Assembly: GCA_002269645.1 (NCBI GenBank)
Contig: NIVC01000990.1
Span: 1 to 64,000 of the forward strand
Origin: Macrostomum lignano
Taxonomy: Eukaryota
Length of the DNA: 64,000 bases
Reading direction: 5' to 3'
Shown: piece after piece, positions 55,101 to 64,000 of the stretch
Position numbering within the stretch: position 1 is the first letter of the stretch
Layout: every line of letters begins with the position of its first letter
Notes under the pieces: model-generated
What the model was told of the DNA's origin: nothing
What the model saw: the letters and a program-made list of their open reading frames with translations, nothing else
Database searches by the model: none
Program-made: the position numbers and the translations under genes

Positions 55101-56278
55101 GTAAACAATCATAGAAGCGCTATGTAAACAATCATAGAAGCGTCATGTAAACAATCATAGAAGCGTCATGTAAAAATCGTAGAAGCGTCATGTAAACAAT
55201 CATAGAAGCGTCATGTAAAAAATCATAGAAGCGTCATGAAAAAATCATAGAAGCGTCATGTAAAAAATCATAGAAGCGTCATGTAAACAATCATAGAAGC
55301 GTCATGTAAACAATCATAGAAGCGTCATGTAAACAATCATAGAAGCGTAATTTAAACAATCATAGAAGCGTCATGTAAAAAATCATAAAAGCGTCATGTA
55401 AAAAATCATAGAAGCGTCATGTAAACAATCATAGAAGCGTCATGTGAAAAATCATCGAAGCGTCATCTAAAAAATCGTAGAAGCGTCATGTAAGAAATCA
55501 TAGAAGCGTCATGTAAAAATCATAGAAGCGTCATGAAAAAATCATAGAAGCCTCATTTAAAAAGTAATGAAAGTGTCATTTAAAATATTAAGAAGCATCA
55601 TGGTAGAATAAAAGAAGCGTCATGTCAGACATGAAGGGTGTCATGTAAAAATTAAATGAAGCTACAATGCTGTGCTGGGGAGAATTACTGAGATGTCAAG
55701 GCTCTCAGAGAATAACTTAGATTACGGGGGGGTTTCTGAGATGTCAAAGCAATAGTCAGAGGCTATTTCAAAGTTCATGTACTTTACTCAATTTTTTATT
55801 GCATTCTTTGTTGGCTCGCCACGGGGGGGGGGCGCTGATAAAAAAGCGTAATGTAAAAAATAAAAGAAGCTTCATGTCGAAGTTAAGAGATTCATTTGGG
55901 AATCCCTACGATGTCGAGGCTTGCAGGGAATCGCTATAATGCTGTAGTAGTGCTATAATGACTCTCAGAGAGAATTACTGAAATTTCAATGCTTTAGGGT
56001 TAGGTTAGGGTTAGGGTTAGGCTAGGGTTAGGGTTAGGCTAGGGTTAGGGTTAGAAGGTTGACAGATATTTTTAGATTTCCAAGGCTTATTGGGGGCATT
56101 GCTGAGATTTCAATGGGGGAAGTTGATGTGTTAAAGCTTGTGGGGGGGGGAGTTATTGACATGTCAAGGCTTACAAGGTTTGACAGGAGATTTTTTAAGA
56201 TTTCAAGGAAATATGTAGCTTATTAAAAAACGTGTATTGCATTTCCTTGGCTCCCCAACGGGGGGCGTAGATTGCTAG
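52109..56278 (+). mobile_element. Non-autonomous Helitron, tandem unit 2 (4170 bp)
   Basis: Same termini as unit 1; CTAG|TC head-to-tail junctions on both sides. Confidence 0.88.
52733..55555. repeat. 23-bp satellite (agaagcgtcatgtaaacaatcat)n, ~120 copies
   Basis: Directly visible; rare variants recur at ~1.0-1.1 kb spacing. Confidence 0.97.
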
Positions 56279-57836
56279 TCCTATATACTAAAAATGTGAT
56301 GTCTATATATATATATATGTGTGATAGATTAGAGAAAAAATGGCTGGACCGATTTTGTTCGAACTAGCACTGTTCGATCAGAAATTTTCCCGTGACGGTA
56401 CATGCATCGTGGCTAAGAAATTGCTCGATGCTAAAGGCATTAAATATTCGAAAAACATGCTTTTTTGCAAAGGTCAAGCAAACTTTTTGACTTGAAATGC
56501 ATTGTAAGAATGCTAGAGAAAAAACTGACTGGTTGAATTCTGACTCTGAAATAGATTGCATCATAACTGAATTGTAACTCTGACTTGAATTGAAAATGCA
56601 GTGTGGAAGCGTAGCACCAGACTTGATTTAAATTGCGTAACCATAATTGTTAACTGATACTGACTGACTGAGAAACTGATTATGTCATAACTGCTTCGTG
56701 TGATTTACTCTATGCTTGGATTTTAAAGTGTTGAATTATTTAAGTGCAAAATTTCATGTTATCAAAACGATGAGAGCTAGCCTAGAGGTGAACAAACTGA
56801 ACTGCCAAATGCAGCGACGATGGTTCGAATTTTCATAGAGTATAATTTTTTTAATTAAAGCTTTTCAACGTCAGGAAAACTAAAAGACTTTTTAAAAAGA
56901 ATTGCGTCATGTAAAATCTGATAGAATGCTGATAGAAGAAGAGTCATGTAAAAAATAAAAGTAGCACTACGTATACATAAAAGAAAAGTCATGTCGAAGT
57001 TAAAAGATTCATCTGGGAATTGCTACGATGTCAAAGCTTGGTGGAAATCGTTATAGTGCTGTGATTCTTAAAGAAGGAATCACTAAAATGTCAAGGCTTA
57101 GGGGAGAAGAATTGCTGAGATTTCAAGGCTTTAGGTTGGGTTAAAGTTAGGTTTAGGTCAGGTGTGGGTTGAGGGTTATATTTTATCGGGTTTCAAGGTT
57201 AACAGGGGATTTTTTAGATTTCAAGGTTTATGGGGGCCATCGCTGACATGTCAAGGCTTACGGGGGGAATAGCTGAGATGTCAAGGCTCACGGGGGTATA
57301 AATGAGATTTCAAGGCTAAAGTCAGAAGCTACATGTAGTTTATTGAAAACTTTTTATTACATTATTTGATGCCTCCTCAGGGGAGGGATCGCTGATAAAA
57401 AAAGCGTAATGTAAAAAATAAAAGAAGCTTCATGTCGAAGTTAAGAGATTCATTTGGGAATCCCTACGATGTCGAGGCTTGCAGGGAATCGCTATAATGC
57501 TGTAGTAGTGCTATAATGACTCTCAGAGAGAATTACTGGAATTTCAATGCTTTAGGGTTAGGTTAGGGTTAGGGTTAGGGTTAGGGTTAGGGTTAGGCTA
57601 GGGTTAGGGTTAGAAGGTTGACAGTTATTTTTAGATTTCCAAGGCTTATTGGGGGCATTGCTGAGATGTCAAGGGGGGAAGTTGATATGTTAAAGCTTGT
57701 GGGGGGGAATTACTGACATGTCAAGGCTTACAAGGTTTGACAGGAGATTTTTTAAGATTTCAAGGATACATGTAGCTTATTAAAAAAACGTGTATTGCAT
57801 TTCCTTGGCTCCCCAACGGGGGGCGTAGATTGCTAG
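56279..57836 (+). mobile_element. Non-autonomous Helitron, tandem unit 3 (1558 bp, lacks the satellite array)
   Basis: Same termini; ends CTAG|T at 57836/57837. Confidence 0.88.
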
Positions 57837-59492
57837 TAGTTATCTAAGGATTGACTGATCTGAAAAGTCTACGACTCTCGTCGAGTATAACAAAACATAT
57901 CAGAATATCCGACGCTTGGTATAACTAATCCGCCGTGGGAAGACAAATTAAGGGAGGATCGGCAGAAAGCCCGGTCACGTCCTTCAAGTCGCTAGCAGGC
58001 TCATTGGGAATTAGCCTTCTTGACCTAGACCTACTTTATCCGGTGCACTTTCTGTCCGACCCATCGTTCGGTAGCTGGATAGCTAGGATTTTACCTTTCG
58101 CTAAGTTGCTTCTAAATGTGCTGAATTTGAGCCAGAACTTGTAAAATCAATAATGAAGAGAAACTTATATTGGAAATATATTATAAAGGAAATGTGAATC
58201 TAGTATTACTATTTGTTAAGCTTTTAAGTTTTCTTTTTTCGCCATGCCTGGCCAAGATGAGAATGAGAGGCCAATTTACTGGAGCAAAAGTCGATCGCAC
58301 CTTTAAACCGAAAGCAAGGTCAGTTCCCAGTCAATCAATCGATATAAATCAATCAATCAGTCGGATTCCGAAATCATGCAAACTAAAGTACACAGGGCAT
58401 GTACTTTAGTGCAGCCCAAGGCGGCGAAGCGGCTGGAATTTGTCACTAGAGTTAGTCAGGAGTGTGCAGAAGAATAAGTTATCCATTGAATTATTTGGTT
58501 GACTTAATTATAACATTAATTGGAAGTGAAAAAGTGTTAGTGGGGCCGGCCCAAGCGAGTGGTACGTGCATTTACGAGCGTATAAGACTTTAAAATTAGG
58601 GGGCTAGCTGGGCGCAGATAACGAAAGGAGGGGTTGGATCAGTGCGCGATTGAAGAGCCAATCAGAAGGCAGCGAGGGACAGAGATAAGAATAACAAGAC
58701 TGAACAAGACAAGAGAGGGAGAGAACAAAGTAAACAAAGACGAGTGCACATGAACCTAACAAATGACTAAGAAAGTCTAGTAGCGACGTGAGGATCGCTG
58801 GAGGGCTCTGATACATGTACTTCTGCCGACGAGTTGATACATTTCAGGCCAAAAGCGATCAAGTACATCTATTGTACATGTATTTTCTGGGAATCCAATA
58901 ATGTAATAGTGCATCCAGTGGTGTAGAAAGACTCGCATGTCCATGCTCTGAGGCCTGACAAGCCTGAGGATGCCGAACCCATCACAATGCATACAAACAA
59001 ATCGTTTAGAAGGCGATTTGATCTTAATAAAAAGCTGTCATGCTTAGGACCAACGATTATGTCCCTTGTGTTGATTTGAAAAGCGAACTTCAAAGAAAAT
59101 CAACGAAGTCTGCATACACAGTTATGCTTAAGCATGATTGACGTTGAAAGCTACGATGTTGCAGTAAGTTTTGCCAAAAATTCAGGCTAGCCATTTAATT
59201 TAGAAACTAGAGAAGGCGTTAAGCTCTATTTGCTTGACAAGCTGCTCAAATTTGGCAAATGTGGGATATAATTTCATCGGTTAAAATGAATAATGCTTCA
59301 ATTCTTTTGTCTGTGGATAGAGTAACAGAATGACTCCTTTTAGAAGTAGTTGGCTTGCGTGAGCCGCACAAACAGTCGGTTACTGCTTGAGCTGCTTTGT
59401 GCCATGTCTATGCAGATTGAATTACCAAGCACAATGTGAACCTGTATTTTATTGTGTACATTTGCCAAAGGACTCAACCTATACTTGTGAAG

Positions 59493-59528
<36 letters not shown>

Positions 59529-60400
59529 TACAGCTGTCTGTGTGTTTAGCGGGACCAGAGTTTTGTTAATGCATTAGGTGGACCACCTAGTTTCCTTATA
59601 AAACCGGTGTCTTCTGTCTCTACAGGAAAAGTTAGCGTGGGTTGTCTTTCAGTTTAGCCTGCAGATTAGCCATCTCGTGGAAACTGCATGTCACTTTCAA
59701 CTGGGATAGCTGGACCAGCCCGGACCTGTTTTAGGTGGACCTTCAAAAAGACACCGTTTAGGTGGACCATCATTTATTTAGCAGAGTACTGGGATTATTA
59801 TCGACCCAGTACTGTTAAGCACGAGAAACAACACTAAAAGTCACGTGACAGAAGTCCCAAATACAAAATATGTAATTAAGTGCAAATAATGCATTCAGTT
59901 CTAGTTTGCTCCGGACTCAAGAACCATCATCCCCATTAAAAACTAATGAATCAAATGCAACTAATTTTTAGGCCGAGAAAAATAGTTACAAGTGCAAATT
60001 AACGGCCAAGCAAAAGTTTAAATAGCAAAAAGTCATATTTGTTTTTCACTAGAATAATGATAAACCTAAAGAAACACACTTAACGCCCCAAATATGTGCC
60101 AAAAGGCAAGTAGATTGACGACGATATAATTAATACATTAATTATATTAATAATGTAATAATGTAATAATGTAATTAATAATTCATTAAATACATTTGCC
60201 TAATAAATTTCACGTATTACAATAGAACAACTTTCCACTCAATTTTTGAAAAATGAAAAAAGTTTTAACGGACGGACAAGACATGTTACGACGGATAGCG
60301 GAATCATCTCACAGAAAGCCACAAGCTGTCGCAGTCAATATCATCATAAACAAACTTTTGCGGTTGAGCACAAAAAAATCGTCTTCATTTTGCCGGAGTA

Positions 60401-63114
60401 GCTTGCGTCACTCGTCTGCATCAAAGCTGACTTGCCGTCTCCAGACTGGGCCTGTCAAATTTGGCATTTATACGAGAATTAAGGATTGACAGTTTACAAC
60501 TGATATTCTACTGAGACTTTGAAACAGACTGGCATATTGGTGTCAGTACAGTCTGTAGGTTAGCTGGACCAGTTCAATTAGAATAGGATAAGCCAAATTT
60601 GAACACTTTTGCAGCAAGCTCACCACAGTAGATTCAATCTCGTCCGATGACTGAACTGCGATGAGGCAACACGTCTGTCCACCGGACTGACCAGCGTCTC
60701 AGGTGCCTCAGCTGACTTCTTAGAAGTGTCCAGACGTGAGGTGTCAGCCTATAGTCGACTTAATGGCTCTTGGCCTTTAAAGTCTTGGTCGATTTCTTGC
60801 TGGAGTTGCTTGCGTCACTCGTCTGCATCAAAGCTGACTTGCCGTCTCCAGACTGGGCCTGTCAAATTTGGCATTTATACGAGAATTCAGGATTGACAGT
60901 TTACAACTGATATTCTACTGAGACTGTGAAACAGACTGGCATATTGGTGTCAGTACAGTCTGTAGGTTAGCTGGACCACCTAAACTTGAATTCCACCTCC
61001 TATCTGTGAGGCTCTTCAACAGACTGGATCAGTTGCGTCAGTGCAGTCTGTAGGTTAGCTGGACCACCTGGACTTGAATTCCACCTCCCATCTGTGAGGC
61101 TCTTCAACAGACTGGCTCAGTTGCGTCAGTGCAGTCTGTAGGTTAGCTGGACCTCCTAAACTTGAATTCCAACCCATCTGTGAGGCTCTTAAACAGACTG
61201 GATCAGTTGCGTCAGTACAGTCTGTAGGTTAGCTGGACCACCTAAACTTGAATTCCACCCCATCTGTGAGGCTCTAAAACAGACTGACTCTGTGGCGTCA
61301 GTACAGTCTGTAGGTTAGCTGGACCAGTTCAATTAGAAAACGAGCGTAGGATAAGCCAAATCTGAACACTTTTGCAGCAAGCTCACCACAGTAGATTCAA
61401 TCTCGTCCGATGACTGAACTGCGATGAGGCAACACGTCTGTCCACCGGACTGACCAGCGTCTCAGGTGCCTCAGCCGACTTCTTAGAAGTGTCCAGACGT
61501 GAGGTGTCAGCCTATAGTCGACTTAATGGCTCTTGGCCTTTAAAGTCTTGGTCGATATCTTGCTGGAGTTGCTTGCGTCACTCGTCTGCATCAAAGCTGA
61601 CTTGCCGTCTCCAGACTGGGCCTGTCAAATTTGGCATTTATACGAGAATTAAGGATTGACAGTTTACCACTGATATTCTACTGAGACTGTGAAACAGACT
61701 GGCATATTGGTGTCAGTACAGTCTGTAGGTTAGCTGGACCTCCTAAACTTGAATTCCACCTCCTATCTGTGAGGCTCTTCAACAGACTGGATCAGTTGCG
61801 TCAGTGCAGTCTGTAGGTTAGCTGGACCACCTGGACTTGAATTCCACCTCCCATCTGTGAGGCTCTTCAACAGACTGGCTCAGTTGCGTCAGTGCAGTCT
61901 GTAGGTTAGCTGGACCTCCTAAACTTGAATTCCACCTCCTATCTGTGAGGCTCTTCAACAGACTGGATCAGTTGCGTCAGTGCAGTCTGTAGGTTAGCTG
62001 GACCACCTGGACTTGAATTCCACCTCCCATCTGTGAGGCTCTTCAACAGACTGGCTCAGTTGCGTCAGTGCAGTCTGTAGGTTAGCTGGACCACCTGGAC
62101 TTGAATTCCACCTCCCATCTGTGAGGCTCTTCAACAGACTGACTTTGTGGCCTCAGTACAGTCTGTAGGTTAGCTGGACCAGTTCAATTAGAATAGGATA
62201 AGCCAAATCTGAACACTTTTGCAGCAAGCTCACCACAGTAGATTCAATCTCGTCCGATGACTGAACTGCGATGAGGCAACACGTCTGTCCACCGGACTGA
62301 CCAGCGTCTCAGGTGCCTCAGCCAACTTCTTAGAAGTGTCCAGACGTGAGGTGTCAGCCTATAGTCGACTTAATGGCTCTTGGCCTTTAAAGTCTTGGTC
62401 GATATCTTGCTGGAGTTGCTTGCGTCACTCGTCTGCATCAAAGCTGACTTGCCGTCTCCAGACTGGGCCTGTCAAATTTGGCATTTATACGAGAATTAAG
62501 GATTGACAGTTTACAACTGATATTCTACTGAGACTGTGAAACAGACTGGCATATTGGTGTCAGTACAGTCTGTAGGTTAGCTGGACCTCCTAAACTTGAA
62601 TTCCACCTCCTATCTGTGAGGCTCTTCAACAGACTGGATCAGTTGCGTCAGTGCAGTCTGTAGGTTAGCTGGACCACCTGGACTTGAATTCCACCTCCCA
62701 TCTGTGAGGCTCTTCAACAGACTGGCTCAGTTGCATCAGTGCAGTCTGTAGGTTAGCTGGACCACCTAAACTTGAATTCCACCTCCTATCTGTGAGGCTC
62801 TTCAACAGACTGGATCAGTTGCGTCAGTGCAGTCTGTAGGTTAGCTGGACCTCCTAAACTTGAATTCCACCCCATCTGTGAGGCTCTAAAACAGACTGAC
62901 TCTGTGGCGTCAGTGCAGTATGTAGGTTAGCTGGACCACCTAAACTTGAATTTCACCTCCTATCCTTGAGGCTCTTCAACAGACTGGCTCAGTTGCGTCA
63001 GTACAGTCTGTAGGTTAGCTGGACCACCTAAACTTGAATTTCACCTCCTATCTGTGAGGCTCTTCAACAGACTGGCTCAGTTGCGTCAGTGCATTCTGTA
63101 GGTTAGCTGGACCA
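60401..63114. repeat. Nested composite tandem repeat: ~407-bp block plus 0, 4, 5 or 6 copies of an 86-88 bp subunit
   Basis: gcttgcgtcactcg recurs at 60401, 60808, 61571 and 62418; tgtaggttagctggacc recurs at an 86-88 bp period within units. Confidence 0.93.
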
Positions 63115-64000
63115 GCTTAAGTTGTATGTGCACCGATTTGCTTACCTGGTAGATTTTGCTTTTTGGTCTGGCAGGAAAACATATTTCTGAAGTTGCGATT
63201 GAGTAGGTTCTTAATGAGGCTCTTTACAAAAGTTTATTATTTTTTCATCCTAAATAACACTTCGTTTTGGTACTTACTGCAATTTCAATGCAATTTTTCA
63301 AAAACGTCGTCGAAAACATTTTTCACTGGCTCCCAAGTATTGTTAGATCTAAAAGTCGTGTGTTGTTTTTATTAGCTACGTAGTAATCCAAAGGCTTGGT
63401 TTTACTAGAGAATTAGAACGCGAGGAAGTCAATCTTTTAAATTGAATCTTTTCATTTTATGCTTACCTTAGGTATCCAGTCCACTTGATGCAACATCTGT
63501 TACTGTTGCACCTCTCCGGGACTCTGTGTTATTGGGATATCTCCTGCGAGACATTCGTGTCTTCTCGTGTATTGACTATTGACAGTTCAGTTGAATGTTT
63601 CAGTCTATCCGAGAAATTAGGTGGTCCATGTAAGCCTGTTTTAGCTAGACCAAAGGTTTTCACTTTTATAGCTCTGCCCCTCTCTGACTCGTTTAGTCGA
63701 CGGACTGTCTGTCCTTGGACTGCTCCTATTGGCTGGCATTCCCAGTAGGGGTGGTCCGATTTTTACCAACCTCTCCGAAATCAGTCCTTAACCAATGCAG
63801 CACTAGTCTGTGTGAATGTGCTGTGCGCTTTGAGTTTCGTTTACATGGACCTCAACAGACGATTTGATGTGCGTGCAACTGTGTTTAGTGGGACCCAGGC
63901 TAAACTAAAATAAAAAATATCAGACCTTCGCTTTGAGCTTGGTTTGGTGCTTCCCCACCCCTAAACAGGGATCTGAGAGCAGAACCTTCTCCTCAAAGCC

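Noticed and set aside
48521-55555. 23-bp repeat arrays as a possible CRISPR array
   Set aside because: The units are directly tandem with no unique spacers, there are no cas genes, and the context is eukaryotic.
58441-58830. Solo LTR (TGTCAC...GATACA) or a tRNA-Met PBS-like TGTATCAGAGC on the minus strand
   Set aside because: No matching TSD, no second LTR and no gag/pol nearby; the PBS match is imperfect.
60401-63114. Repeat-spacer-like pattern resembling CRISPR
   Set aside because: The intervening sequences are near-identical rather than unique; this is a nested tandem repeat.
63146-63220. Possible minus-strand exon (SLIKNLLNRNFRNMFSCQTKSKIYQ) with a gtaagc donor, and another donor near 63465
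   Set aside because: No recognisable domain and no convincing in-phase partner exons; the adjacent frames contain stops.

Overview
This is eukaryotic (metazoan) genomic DNA, extremely rich in satellites. GC-rich exons, satellite-filled introns, TTAGGG tracts and the LINE type suggest a flatworm such as Macrostomum, but this is inference only. Two spliced genes lie on the minus strand. (1) A complete Cad87A/CDH23-type cadherin (CDS 20030->5373) has 17 coding exons that join in phase to 1968 aa: signal peptide, about 14 EC repeats, membrane-adjacent domain, TM, EGSNPIW motif and PDZ-type C-terminus. It also has two candidate 9-nt microexons and a frameshifted partial exon copy at 285-805. (2) A Deltex/DTX3L-type E3 ligase gene (at least 38284->28768) carries macrodomain(s) fused upstream of an atypical RING and a Deltex C-terminal (DTC) domain, with one apparent 1-nt frameshift. 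Its last five introns are each filled by a different satellite, and one also holds a decayed APE-RT LINE. 40.5-57.8 kb is a nest of non-autonomous Helitrons, including a head-to-tail tandem array carrying 23-bp satellites and TTAGGG tracts. 60.4-63.1 kb is a nested composite tandem repeat. Also present are a CORE-SINE, a hAT MITE with an 8-bp TSD, a Harbinger-like MITE and many micro/minisatellites. No CRISPR, rRNA or bona fide tRNA gene was seen.
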